The notes under the pieces: model-generated
Told to the model about the DNA's origin: nothing
The model's input: only the letters and a program-made list of their open reading frames with translations
The model's database searches: none
Part shown: piece by piece, positions 19,364 through 29,834 of the stretch
Layout of the letters: every line of letters begins with the position of its first letter
How positions within the stretch are numbered: position 1 is the stretch's first letter
Made by a program: the position numbers and the translations under genes
From: Candidatus Harpocratesius repetitus
GTDB taxonomy: Archaea; Asgardarchaeota; Lokiarchaeia; Sigyniarchaeales; Promethearchaeaceae
Length of the DNA stretch: 64,000 nucleotides
Assembly: GCA_021498095.1 (NCBI GenBank)
Contig: JAIZWK010000001.1
Location: 2,744,810 to 2,808,809 of the forward strand
Direction of reading: 5' to 3'

Positions 19364-20278
19364 TTAGACTTTATTCTGTTTAACAATTGGATTGATAAGA
19401 GCAGGAAATCCATCGATGTGACATTCAAGAACATCACCATCTTTTAGTGGCACTGCGCGCGGGGTTCCGGTTGAAATTATATCACCAGGATAAAGCGTCA
19501 TTACTTTACTGTGAAAAGAAACCAAATAATCTGGAGGAAATGTCATATTGTAAATGAAATTGCTGGCATGAATCTGCCCATTTATAACAGTAGAAACTTT
19601 TATCGTAGCTATTTCAGAAAATTCATTTGGAGTTATTAAAACGGGTCCAAAACTGAAAAAGGAGTCAAAATTTTTACTTAAAGTTAGATAACGAGGGTTT
19701 TGTCGCAAAATATCTTCTGCTGTCATATCCAAAATAGGAACAAATCCTGCCACCACAGATTTCCAATTTGAACGCGGAACATTTTTACATTTTTTTTTAA
19801 TAATTATTCCCAATTCTGCTTCACCTGTAGTTTTATGGGAAAGTGCAGGAATTATAATGGGATCTTGGTAACCGATAATTGTGTTTTTTCCTTTAATGAA
19901 ACTTGCAGGATATGATTCTGGAGCAATTTCATTTAAATCTTTAGCATGATCTTTGTAATTTAATCCAATTCCCCAAATTTTTGAAGGATTTCGATAGAGT
20001 GGACAAAATTTAACTTCTTGAGCTAAAATTGCATTTAAATTTTGAGAGATTATATTCCTCTGAATTTCTTGATATTTCTTTTGGAACCAACCTAAAAATT
20101 CATCGAAAAGATTAGAATTCAAGAGTTCTTCAATGGATAGAGCCCAATTTACATCAAAAAAAGTGTTAAGTACTTCAATTGGTATAAAAAAAACTTCATT
20201 ATTTTGATTTAAATTTATATATACTGCCAATTGCTCCCTGTTTTTATAATTTATCGTCGCAAATCGCATTTTAATCAA
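19364..20278 (-). CDS. Fumarylacetoacetate hydrolase (FAH) family protein
   Basis: The C-terminal ~220 aa match the FAH fold signature (IWGIGLNYKDHAKDLN...TGEAELGIIIKKKC...GDVLECHIDGF). Confidence 0.75.
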   Translation of the reverse strand: MIKMRFATINYKNREQLAVYINLNQNNEVFFIPIEVLNTFFDVNWALSIEELLNSNLFDEFLGWFQKKYQEIQRNIISQNLNAILAQEVKFCPLYRNPSKIWGIGLNYKDHAKDLNEIAPESYPASFIKGKNTIIGYQDPIIIPALSHKTTGEAELGIIIKKKCKNVPRSNWKSVVAGFVPILDMTAEDILRQNPRYLTLSKNFDSFFSFGPVLITPNEFSEIATIKVSTVINGQIHASNFIYNMTFPPDYLVSFHSKVMTLYPGDIISTGTPRAVPLKDGDVLECHIDGFPALINPIVKQNKV

Positions 20279-20317
20279 TGATCCTTAAAATAATAGTTAA
20301 AAGTGAAAAGTTTTAAT

Positions 20318-22036
20318 CTAAAATTCTCTCCAGTAATCTTCTAGTTCAATATCAGAAACATCCCATCTTCGCTCTTGGTTATCTTCAAGAGGTTCATTTA
20401 TCATAAATTCTGGAAATTGATCCACCGGAGATAGTCCTACCTTTTCATTATAATCTCTTTCAATTTTCAACCATGTTTTTGACCATTCAATCAGCTTTTC
20501 TGGTGTAAGATTCCATCCAAATTTTGCATTTAATAATGTAACAATATGAGGGGTGGATTGAAATGTTGGATTCATGAAATAACATTGACCAATAGAATCG
20601 TGGATCATGGTAAATATTTGCAATCCTCTAGATAGTTCAACTTTATGCTCTGCTTCGGTTATTTTTCCATATTCTTTATCTGGATAAGGAACTCTACCTG
20701 TAATAGCTGCACCGGCTGTATGATCAGCACCCATCGGTGATGTTAGATATGTAACGCCCATTCCCTTAAACGACCGTGGATCATATCCTGGAATTCCTTG
20801 CCCTTTAACTTGAGCCACTCGTTTAATATTATACATTTTTCCGGTATACACCGCTCCATTTGCAATTGCAAGACTATCTGGGTTATCAACAGCAATTTCA
20901 TTTATAAGTTTTACAACGTTATCAGCATCTCCCCACTTTATTTTCCCCGTTTCCATAAATACTCCCATTGCATTACCAATTTCAATTGAATCAACACCTA
21001 CATCGTCGCATGCATGATCAATTTCTGCTAATTTTTCAATATCGTTAATTAATAGATTTGATCCATTTAATGCAACTGTTTCATACTCCAAACTTGAAGT
21101 TATATGTTCTCCTTTTGAATTTTTCACCAAATTTGAACATTTAATAACACAACCTGGAGAACAAGCAAGACCAGATTTACCATGATTGGTTTGAATATAA
21201 TCATACAATGTTTCTGCGCTTATTTTTTCTACATCATCAAATGATCCACGCCTAAAATTATGTGTTGGAAGAGCGTTAAGCGAATTCATTGTAGTTAGAC
21301 CGATTAAAGTACCAAATTGCGAAAAAAGCCGCTTTGCCTTGTATACAGATAAACCCCAAGATTTTGCTTCATTTTTAAAGGATTTTGAATCTAGATAAGT
21401 CAACTTATTCTTTTTTGGAGGTATTACTACTATTGCCTTTAATTTTTTTGAGCCTATCACCGCACCCATGCCTCCTCGTCCAGCATGTCGCGAAGGATAA
21501 CCTTCTAAATCAATTGAAGCAATGGATGCTGAATTTAACTGCTTTTCTCCTGCAGTTCCTATTGAGAATAAACCGATTTTTGGACCAAATTCTTTTTTTA
21601 GGGCATCTGCTAGCTCATAATTATTCATTCCTTGAAATTGGTCGCCAGGTTGAAGTTTAAGATTACCTTCTGCATCTATAATTAATATTTTCCATGAAAT
21701 CGCTCTTTTTTCAAAAATTAGAGCCCGAATATCATGTCGACCGATTAAAGCAGGAGCTCTTCCCCCAACATTCGATTCTTTAATACCTTTGGTTAATGGA
21801 CTTTTTGCTCCAATTGAAATTCTTCCAGAGTTTGGGCAAGGTGTTCCTGTTAATAATCCTGCAGCTATAATTAGTTTATTAGATTCATCTAATGGATTTA
21901 TTTGAGGATCAACTTCTTCAGCAATAATTTTTGAAGAAAGAGCCCTACCACCAAAATAATAATAGGGATGACCTTTAATTATTTCTTCAATTTGAATATG
22001 ATTATCTGCTAAATCAATTCGAATAAGTTTAGGCAT
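20318..22036 (-). CDS. aor: Aldehyde:ferredoxin oxidoreductase (tungsten-type AOR family)
   Basis: It has the AOR N-terminal domain (IRIDLADNHIQIEEI...YFGGRALSSKII...LLTGTPCPNSGRISIGAKSPLT) and RHAGRGGMGAV. Length is 572 aa. Confidence 0.85.
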   Translation of the reverse strand: MPKLIRIDLADNHIQIEEIIKGHPYYYFGGRALSSKIIAEEVDPQINPLDESNKLIIAAGLLTGTPCPNSGRISIGAKSPLTKGIKESNVGGRAPALIGRHDIRALIFEKRAISWKILIIDAEGNLKLQPGDQFQGMNNYELADALKKEFGPKIGLFSIGTAGEKQLNSASIASIDLEGYPSRHAGRGGMGAVIGSKKLKAIVVIPPKKNKLTYLDSKSFKNEAKSWGLSVYKAKRLFSQFGTLIGLTTMNSLNALPTHNFRRGSFDDVEKISAETLYDYIQTNHGKSGLACSPGCVIKCSNLVKNSKGEHITSSLEYETVALNGSNLLINDIEKLAEIDHACDDVGVDSIEIGNAMGVFMETGKIKWGDADNVVKLINEIAVDNPDSLAIANGAVYTGKMYNIKRVAQVKGQGIPGYDPRSFKGMGVTYLTSPMGADHTAGAAITGRVPYPDKEYGKITEAEHKVELSRGLQIFTMIHDSIGQCYFMNPTFQSTPHIVTLLNAKFGWNLTPEKLIEWSKTWLKIERDYNEKVGLSPVDQFPEFMINEPLEDNQERRWDVSDIELEDYWREF

Positions 22037-22370
22037 TTTTCAAGGATTGTTAAGCAAGTTATATAATTAAGGGTTATCTTTATGAATATTTAAAATAATT
22101 AATCGAAAATCTTTCAGATGATCAAGATTAAGGACCAAAGGTTCATCAGAATTTAAATTAAACTTTAAATGATAGTAATTAAGGATTCTCTTGCTGTACT
22201 ATTATCAACTTTTTACCCTTCTCACAAATTTAGAAGTTTGACCCATATTGATATATACAGTAAAGAGAACCCTTTTTTATGAAAATTTAGATCTGCTCTT
22301 TTTTTGCGAATAATTATGATATAAAATCAAAATGATGACAATAACTAAATTTAAGTAAATATGCTAGATT

Positions 22371-22793
22371 CTAATATTCTAATATTGGAAGTTCCCAGCA
22401 TGTAAAATGAAGGCGATTTCGAGTGATTATTGATTTAGCATTGTAATATTTTGCTGTAGCTCCTATAATGAGATCGATTAAATCGATTTTAGCACCTTGA
22501 TAAAGAAGAATTCCCCTCATTTGTCCGCTTAATTCCATAATTGCTTCATTTAGGGACAAAATATCGAATGAAAGAAGCACAGATTTAAGCTCTTTAGATT
22601 TCTTAAGAAACACTGCTTCTCCCAATTTTCTTTTTGTATAATAAAGTCCAGTAAACAATTCTGATATAGAAATTAAGGAAAGTCCAATAGAATCTTGCAG
22701 AATATTCTTTTGAACATGAGAAACATTACCTCGATTTCTAAGAAGATCAATAACAAAAGTAGTATCAGCAATTATCATCTTACATCTCATCAT
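22371..22793 (-). CDS. vapC: PIN-domain toxin (VapC)
   Basis: N-terminal IIADTTFVIDLL with an Asp-containing PIN signature, ~140 aa. It immediately follows a small antitoxin gene. Confidence 0.7.
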   Translation of the reverse strand: MMRCKMIIADTTFVIDLLRNRGNVSHVQKNILQDSIGLSLISISELFTGLYYTKRKLGEAVFLKKSKELKSVLLSFDILSLNEAIMELSGQMRGILLYQGAKIDLIDLIIGATAKYYNAKSIITRNRLHFTCWELPILEY

Positions 22794-22794
22794 T

Positions 22795-23046
22795 CTAAAG
22801 ATTTATAATGTATTCATTCTTCTGTTTATCTATTTTTCGAGCTTTTATAATTGCCTCTTCAAAAATTCTCCCTTCATCTTCTTCATCGCCTTCAATTTTC
22901 TTTTCCCAGATTCCAAGATATTCAAATGGATCCTTTTTGTTTTCCAATAATCGATTAATTAACTTGGAGAAACTTTCATTTGGGCGCTTTAATCGTTTTA
23001 ATTTGTAATAAATCTCTTTTGTAATTGAAATATTTATAGATGACAT
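22795..23046 (-). CDS. vapB: VapB-like antitoxin
   Basis: 83 aa. Its stop abuts the vapC start with a 1-nt gap. The N-terminus is MSSINISITKEIYYKLKRL. Confidence 0.5.
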   Translation of the reverse strand: MSSINISITKEIYYKLKRLKRPNESFSKLINRLLENKKDPFEYLGIWEKKIEGDEEDEGRIFEEAIIKARKIDKQKNEYIINL

Positions 23047-23193
23047 GTGCTCATATGAGTATATGGAGTGAATGAATTTATTTTTTTACATGATTTATTT
23101 GTTCGCAAAAGAAAAAAGAAAAAGAAAAGATATATCAGCATCAAAATTAGGTAGATAAATTTTTGGTTAGATAAATTTTTGGTTAGACAATAT

Positions 23194-24300
23194 TTAGTTA
23201 AGAAAATACTCACACTCATATTCATTTTGATTTTTTTTTCTAATTTTTGAGATAATTGGAAAAGAGCAAAGCCGTTCTTGATTGGTTATAACATGAAGAT
23301 TAATGTTGTTGTTAAAATATTTTGGTATTTTTCCTGCATTAATTCGATTTTTAATAAAAATTTCATGAGTTTTAATTCGGTTGTGTACTAATTTTTGGCT
23401 TAATTTGCGAATTTCTTGAAGTCTTTCTATTATAATTGTGCTAAATCGCCCCTCTAATTCATATCCAATTGAATTTCGAGCAGCACACATTGCTGCAAAC
23501 ATTGTTGTACCTGTTCCTAAAAAAGGATCTAGTATATAATCTCCCTGAATTGAATACATGTGAATAAGACGCCATGGTAATTCAAAAGGAAACGCACCAC
23601 TCCTCATTCTTATTTTGTTTTCTAAACCATTTAGAGAAGAAGTTTTTTTTTCTTTTTTCTTTTTTCCAGATTTATTATCAAATAAAGATTGAGAAATTCC
23701 TTTAAATTTCCAAACATCAGAAAACCATTCGTTCCGTTCTTCCCAAAAATAAGCACTTTTCCTGCGTTTCTCTATATTCTCTTCAGTTTTAAATTCCCTC
23801 TTTCCTTGTTTTCGAAAAATCAAAATAAATTCATGTTCTAATGTAACATAAGCATTTGAAGGAAGCATGCCAGATCCCATAAATTTGGTAGGAGAATTTG
23901 TAGATTTTCTCCAAATAATTTCAGGTAATGATTGAAAACCCAATTTTTGAAATCTTCTAATTATTTCTGCATGAGATGGGTATAATTGAAATTTTTTTCC
24001 AATGCGTCTGGTTGCATCGCCAATATTTATGCAAACAATTCCTCCAGGAATCAAAACCCGGGATATTTCTTGCCAAATATATTGTAATTCTTCATGCATT
24101 AAAATAAAAGCTTTATTTCCTTCTCCAGTAATTAATAAATCTCTTATTTTTTGATTTTGTTCGCTGAAAATATCGTCCCACATCTCTATCATAGGATACG
24201 GCGGAGATGTTACAACTAAATGAATCGTCTCATCAGAAATTTCAGTCAATTGTTTTGAAGTATGAAAAAAGACACGATGTGATGTAATCAATGATTGCAT
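23194..24300 (-). CDS. Beta-class DNA (N6-adenine or N4-cytosine) methyltransferase, orphan
   Basis: Motif IV TSPPY lies near the N-terminus and motif I ILDPFLGTGTT near the C-terminus (N6_N4_Mtase arrangement). No restriction endonuclease candidate is adjacent. Confidence 0.75.
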   Translation of the reverse strand: MQSLITSHRVFFHTSKQLTEISDETIHLVVTSPPYPMIEMWDDIFSEQNQKIRDLLITGEGNKAFILMHEELQYIWQEISRVLIPGGIVCINIGDATRRIGKKFQLYPSHAEIIRRFQKLGFQSLPEIIWRKSTNSPTKFMGSGMLPSNAYVTLEHEFILIFRKQGKREFKTEENIEKRRKSAYFWEERNEWFSDVWKFKGISQSLFDNKSGKKKKEKKTSSLNGLENKIRMRSGAFPFELPWRLIHMYSIQGDYILDPFLGTGTTMFAAMCAARNSIGYELEGRFSTIIIERLQEIRKLSQKLVHNRIKTHEIFIKNRINAGKIPKYFNNNINLHVITNQERLCSFPIISKIRKKNQNEYECEYFLN

Positions 24301-24362
24301 TTTCTAATATCCATAAGAATAATTAAAAAAAAGATAAAATGCTTTACGGTTTCATATTATAT

Positions 24363-25718
24363 TTATTTGAGTATTGACAATCCAGGATATAATGGAAATT
24401 CTTTAGTTAATTCCAAAATTTCCTCATGAACCTTAGCACTTACTGATTTATCGCCTTTAGATTTGATAACACGAGCAATTCCGCTGGCAATTACCTTCAT
24501 TTCAGATTCTTTCATTCCACGACTTGTAATTGCAGGTGTTCCCAAACGAATTCCTGAAGGATTAAATGGAGTTGATGGTTCATAAGGAACAGTATTTTTA
24601 TTTGTGGTGATTCCTGCAGCGTCTAATGCATTTTGGATTAATTTGCCTTCTCCAGTTAATCCATCAGGTCGTAAATCAATAAGAATAAGATGATTGTCTG
24701 TTCCATTTGAAACTAATTTTATATCAAGAGCCATTAATTCATCAGCTAAGGCTTTTGCATTTTTAACAATCTGCTGAGCATATTCTTTAAACTCGGGTTT
24801 CATAGCTTCTTTAAAGGTTATAGCCTTAGCTGCAGTCACATGATCATGGGGTCCACCTTGTAATCCTGGGAATACAGCAGAATCAATCAATTGAGCCAAA
24901 TTTTTCTTAGAAGTCGGATGATAAAGATCATGTAAACGATCTTCAGTTTTGCACATAATAATTGCACCACGTGGACCTCGTAGACTTTTGTGCGTTGTTG
25001 TTGTAACTACATCAGCATAAGGTACTGGACTCATATGTGCACCACCAGCAACCAATCCCGCAATGTGAGAAATATCCGCTAATTGATATGCATTTACTTC
25101 TTCACATATTTCTTGAAATGCTTTAAAATCTATAGCACGTGGATAAGCTGTAAGACCAGATATAATCATTTTAGGTTTTTCTTGAATAGCCAATTTTCTG
25201 ACATTATCCATATCAAGCATTTCAGTTTTTGGATCTACATCATATGAAACACATGTATAGTTTTTTCCTGAGAAATTTACATGACTTCCATGGGTCAAAT
25301 GTCCACCCGATGTTAGGTTAAAACCTAAATATTTATCTTTTAAATTAAGTAAAGCAAAATAAACTGCTTGATTAGCGGGTGAACCTGAATAAGGTTGTAC
25401 ATTAACATGTTCAGCCCCAAATAATTGTTTCGCCCTATCAATTGCAATTTGCTCTACTTCATCTACGACTTCATTTCCTCCATAATAACGTTTTTTAGGA
25501 TATCCTTCAGAATACTTATTAGTAAAAACACTTCCTACTGCTTGCAATACAGCACGATAAGTATAATTTTCAGAAGGGATTAATTCGATACCTTCTTCTT
25601 GACGTTTTAATTCTTTTAAAATTAAATCGGCAATTTCAGAATCCGCCTCGAAAATATCGTTCATTAAATTCATTTTTCTGTCCTCTCTTAAAGGAAAACA
25701 CTTTTCCCTACTTGCCAA
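24363..25718 (-). CDS. glyA: Serine hydroxymethyltransferase
   Basis: The PLP-lysine motif TTTHKSLRGPRGAIIM is present and the protein is collinear with SHMT over 451 aa. Confidence 0.92.
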   Translation of the reverse strand: MASREKCFPLREDRKMNLMNDIFEADSEIADLILKELKRQEEGIELIPSENYTYRAVLQAVGSVFTNKYSEGYPKKRYYGGNEVVDEVEQIAIDRAKQLFGAEHVNVQPYSGSPANQAVYFALLNLKDKYLGFNLTSGGHLTHGSHVNFSGKNYTCVSYDVDPKTEMLDMDNVRKLAIQEKPKMIISGLTAYPRAIDFKAFQEICEEVNAYQLADISHIAGLVAGGAHMSPVPYADVVTTTTHKSLRGPRGAIIMCKTEDRLHDLYHPTSKKNLAQLIDSAVFPGLQGGPHDHVTAAKAITFKEAMKPEFKEYAQQIVKNAKALADELMALDIKLVSNGTDNHLILIDLRPDGLTGEGKLIQNALDAAGITTNKNTVPYEPSTPFNPSGIRLGTPAITSRGMKESEMKVIASGIARVIKSKGDKSVSAKVHEEILELTKEFPLYPGLSILK

Positions 25719-25952
25719 GGTAGTGATCTTTCCTTGTTATTTATACATGGCTCACTTCCTATTAAAAGCCTACCCTTCCATTTGTGGTTCCTATGTGGGA
25801 AATAAAATTTATAAAAAGCATATTAATCTACCTTTATTTTTTATTAAAAAATTGAAAGAATAGTGCAATTTGGTAAAAATTTTTTGCGAATGGAATATTC
25901 TTCACATTATCAGAATACATATTTATAGCTGTTAATTGGAGGAGACTTTAGA

Positions 25953-27089
25953 ATTAGCGAAAAAATTGAAGAAAAAATCCGCGAATTTGAAGAACGTTTA
26001 GCCCGTACTCAAAAAAATAAAGCTACACAAAAAGCAATTAATTATACTAAAGCACAAATTGCCAAACTGCGGAATGAATTGTTAAAAATTGCCAGTTCTA
26101 AAAAAGGAGGGGGAGGTGGATTTGGCGTTAAGAAATCTGGTGATGCACAAGTTGCCTTTATTGGTTTCCCAAGTGTTGGAAAATCTTCTCTTCTAAACCT
26201 TTTGACAGGAGGAAATACTAATTCAAAGGTTGCCTCTTATGATTTCACAACCTTACAAGCAATTCCTGGTATGATGGTGATAGAAGATGCAAGAATTCAA
26301 TTGATTGATCTCCCTGGAATTATCTTGGGTGCTGCTGCAGGAAAAGGTCGAGGAAAAGAAATAATTGGGGCTGCCAGGAATGCTGACCTTATTTTAATTC
26401 TAATTGCTTTTCAATATGATGGCAGTATAGATTTCGACCATCTCTTTCAAATTCGGAAAGAATTATTTGATGCCGGTATTAGACTTAATCAAAAACCCCC
26501 AAGGATTCAAATTAAAACTCAAACTCGAGGAGGAATTGGTTTTACATATAACGGCGAACAAATAATGGATAAAGATGAAGTAAAAAGTTTAATGAATGAA
26601 TTAGGCTACAGCAATGCTGCTGTTTACTTCTTTGAGCCGAATGTTACTCCCGATCAACTTATTGATTATGTATTAGGAAATCGAAAATATATTTCTGAAT
26701 TTGTGGTTATTAATAAATCAGATTTGGAACAACATACATATACAGATAAAGAAATCAGTGAAATAATTGGCCATCGCAATTGGATAAAAATCTCTGCACT
26801 GAATGAAGACCATATTGATGATTTACGCCATCAAATTTTCCTACAATTGCATTTAATTCGCGTTTATTTGAAACCACCGGGTGAAGAAGCAGACATGGAA
26901 GAACCAATTATCTTGAAAGAAGGAGATACAATACAGAAATTGTGTGAAAAACTGCATAAAACATTTCTAAAGAATTATCGATATGCACTAATTTGGGGCC
27001 CATCTGCGAAACACCCAGGGCAAAAATTTAATACTATGGAACATGTATTAGAAGATGGTGATGTTGTATCTATTTACTTAAAACGATAA
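25953..27089 (+). CDS. Developmentally regulated GTP-binding protein (DRG / Obg-family with TGS domain)
   Basis: G1 is GFPSVGKSS, with DLPGI, NKSD, a glycine-rich GGGGGFG segment and a C-terminal TGS-like region. Conserved DRG N-terminal sequence (EKIEEKIREFEERLARTQKNKATQKA...AKLRNEL) lies in-frame upstream of the track's TTG start (26079). No ATG/GTG/TTG start exists in that frame, so the proposed start at ATT 25953 is tentative. Confidence 0.75.
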   Translation: MSEKIEEKIREFEERLARTQKNKATQKAINYTKAQIAKLRNELLKIASSKKGGGGGFGVKKSGDAQVAFIGFPSVGKSSLLNLLTGGNTNSKVASYDFTTLQAIPGMMVIEDARIQLIDLPGIILGAAAGKGRGKEIIGAARNADLILILIAFQYDGSIDFDHLFQIRKELFDAGIRLNQKPPRIQIKTQTRGGIGFTYNGEQIMDKDEVKSLMNELGYSNAAVYFFEPNVTPDQLIDYVLGNRKYISEFVVINKSDLEQHTYTDKEISEIIGHRNWIKISALNEDHIDDLRHQIFLQLHLIRVYLKPPGEEADMEEPIILKEGDTIQKLCEKLHKTFLKNYRYALIWGPSAKHPGQKFNTMEHVLEDGDVVSIYLKR

Positions 27090-27217
27090 ATTCTTTCATT
27101 GTAGTTGCAAAAAAGTTAAAAAAATTAATGAATAATTAAAAAAAATCAGCTATAAGAGAGAAAAATACTTTATTTTTTTCATGGCGATATCTGGATACCT
27201 ATTTTTATTTTCTTCTT

Positions 27218-28141
27218 TTAATTATTGTTATTTTCCAATTTTTTCTTCCTTTTTTCAAAATAGGAAAGCTTTACAAAGAGAAAGATAATTCCTATTGTAT
27301 AAAGAATATTTAAAGCAAAGTATAATGGAATTTGAACTGCTAACTGTAAATAAATCATAGCAGTAATATTAAACAAATAATGAAAAACGAAGTAAATAAA
27401 TGGAAAATAATCAGGAATCTGTTCTTTTATCGGATATTCTTTTTTTGAGGTAAAGTAGACAACTAATGAAATAATCGAACCAATATATATCAACAAAAAG
27501 ACAAGCCAAACCCAATTCAGAAAGAATTGAACAATTATAAGTACAGCAAAAAGTAAAATTTCTGCTCCAACAACACAAATTATGGTTCTTATTCCCAATG
27601 TAGTAAAATTCGATTTTTCAAATTTCAAATCAAAAATGTGAAGAATAAGTGAACTTAAAAATATCACAAAATACCAGCCGTAAAAATTCCCATATGCTAT
27701 ACCCATAAAATCTGTATTAGTTATAGTTAATACGGCAGGATGATCTGTCCAGATCCAAAAACCTCCATCTAAACGCACAGCTACAATATCTGAAAATAAA
27801 TCGATAGACACAATAAAGGTTGCTTCAAAAATTGTTCTGAATATAATTGGTAAGTGAAAACATTTGCTAACTTCATGTGATAATTCCAGAAGCATTCCCC
27901 AAGACAAACCAATTACTATTGGAACATTAATTGGTGCCTTACCAACCAAAAAAATAAAATCTTGACTGTAATAATAACCGTGCGAAAAGTAGATATTTAC
28001 ATACTCCAGAACCACACCAAAAATAGCACCTGCAATTATCGTTGATAATGCACGATAATCTTTCTTCGCTATAACTCTTATAATTGCTGTAATGAAGAAT
28101 ATAAGAGTAATTATTTCGAATGTTATGATCCATATAGCCAT
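27218..28141 (-). CDS. Polytopic membrane protein, unknown function (divergent from GT2 genes)
   Basis: 307 aa with about 8 predicted helices. Confidence 0.45.
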   Translation of the reverse strand: MAIWIITFEIITLIFFITAIIRVIAKKDYRALSTIIAGAIFGVVLEYVNIYFSHGYYYSQDFIFLVGKAPINVPIVIGLSWGMLLELSHEVSKCFHLPIIFRTIFEATFIVSIDLFSDIVAVRLDGGFWIWTDHPAVLTITNTDFMGIAYGNFYGWYFVIFLSSLILHIFDLKFEKSNFTTLGIRTIICVVGAEILLFAVLIIVQFFLNWVWLVFLLIYIGSIISLVVYFTSKKEYPIKEQIPDYFPFIYFVFHYLFNITAMIYLQLAVQIPLYFALNILYTIGIIFLFVKLSYFEKRKKKLENNNN

Positions 28142-28416
28142 GAAAAAATCAATAATTTTTAATTTATTATTTTTCGTTTTTTAAAAATATTCAACAATTA
28201 ATACAAAATTAATTGTTAATTCGCAATTTTTAATGAAAGTATTCAAATTTCAAGCAATACTTGATTTCAGAAATCGATCGAATAATATTTTAAAGATTAA
28301 GGATTTTGAATGAAAAAATAAAATTATTTTATAATCCTTTACATATCTTTTTTATAAAAGAATTCATTACTATTTTCAGAAATGAATTCTTTACTATATA
28401 GTAAAATTTTTAATTT

Positions 28417-29814
28417 ATGAGGTTTGAAAATATGACTTCAATGTCTACATCATCACTATCAATTGTTTCTTTTATTGGAATTCCATTATATCTTATCAAT
28501 TATGTTATTTCTTCATACTCACGAACACTTAGATGGCTGATATCGGCTCATCAAGTTTTAAAAGTATTATATCTAATTTCATTTTATATAGTTTCTACTG
28601 TCTCAATAATTTATTTAATTATGGGTATTATTGCATATTTTAAGCCAAAAATAGTTAGTAGATCATTGCCTTATGGTGATGAACCTTTTGTTACAATCCA
28701 AATACCCACATATAACGAATTGGCAGCAATTAATTGTGCTCGATGTTGCTTAAATTTTGATTATCCTCGTGATAAAATGCAAATTATAATTGGTGATGAT
28801 AGTAATGATCCATCAATTTCTGCCCAGATTGATGAATTTGCAGCAAAATATCCTGAAATTATAATGGTTACTAGAAGAGGTAATAATATTGGCTTTAAAC
28901 CTGGAAATTTAAATCATATGTTGAAATATACTAAAGGAGAATTTATTGCAATTTTTGATTCAGATTTTCTTCCACCTCGTGATTTTCTCCGTAAAGCAAT
29001 GCAACCTTTTCAAGGAAATCCCGATCTTGCTGCAGTTCAAGCTCGATGGCATATTACAAATTTATCACAAAATGTTTTCAGTCTATTAGGCGGTATAACT
29101 TCTTATGTTACGCACCATATTGCGATTCCGTTTATGCAAAAAATAGGAGGTAGCGCCTTTTTATGCGGTTCTGCTCATGTTACACGAAAATCACACATTG
29201 AAATGATTGGAAATTGGCGTGTTGGTGCATTAACTGAAGACATTGAAGCAAGTTTAGAATTAATAAAACGAGGCAAAAGAATAACTTATTTAGAGGATGT
29301 TTTAGTTGATTGTGAAGCACCTTTTACTTTCAAAGATCTTCTTTTACAACAAAAACGTTGGGCATCAGGAAATATAACAGCATTTAAGAGGAATTTATTG
29401 AATGTATGGAAATCAAAGAAAATTACACTTAAAGAAAAAATAAGTGCATCTATTTTCAGTACCGGATATATCTATCCTTATTTCTTACTTTTTCTAAGTA
29501 TATGGGGTATTATTTCTCAAATTATTCCCAATCCAATCTCACCACCATTTAATTTATTAGCATTTATTCTAAGTACTATTGGTTCAATATTGTTGACTAG
29601 TGGTGCGTTAATCTCAAGTTCTATGGTTCTTATTAAAAAGAAACAAGGTAGATTAATCCCTAAATTAATAGGTGGCACTCTAACTGTAGGAATGGGTTTA
29701 TTAATTTATGTTAATATAGGTATTTATAGTGGACTTTTTAATCGAAAAATCCCATGGTACATGGTTCAAAAAAATGGTAATTCCTTAGTATCTTCTTCCG
29801 AGGTATCAAAATAA
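28417..29814 (+). CDS. Processive family-2 glycosyltransferase (cellulose/chitin-synthase-like)
   Basis: It has an N-terminal TM, DDS and DSD motifs, a Q-x-x-R-W motif (QQKRWASG) and C-terminal TM helices. Confidence 0.7.
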   Translation: MRFENMTSMSTSSLSIVSFIGIPLYLINYVISSYSRTLRWLISAHQVLKVLYLISFYIVSTVSIIYLIMGIIAYFKPKIVSRSLPYGDEPFVTIQIPTYNELAAINCARCCLNFDYPRDKMQIIIGDDSNDPSISAQIDEFAAKYPEIIMVTRRGNNIGFKPGNLNHMLKYTKGEFIAIFDSDFLPPRDFLRKAMQPFQGNPDLAAVQARWHITNLSQNVFSLLGGITSYVTHHIAIPFMQKIGGSAFLCGSAHVTRKSHIEMIGNWRVGALTEDIEASLELIKRGKRITYLEDVLVDCEAPFTFKDLLLQQKRWASGNITAFKRNLLNVWKSKKITLKEKISASIFSTGYIYPYFLLFLSIWGIISQIIPNPISPPFNLLAFILSTIGSILLTSGALISSSMVLIKKKQGRLIPKLIGGTLTVGMGLLIYVNIGIYSGLFNRKIPWYMVQKNGNSLVSSSEVSK

Positions 29815-29834
29815 TAAATAAAAGATGTGATTCT

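Noticed and set aside
23090-23205. Degenerate ~15-bp repeats (TTAGATAAATTTTTGG x2-3) and small ORF 23034-23225
   Set aside because: It is very short and AT-rich, and the ORF is low-complexity. It is likely part of the promoter/UTR region between vapB and the methyltransferase.
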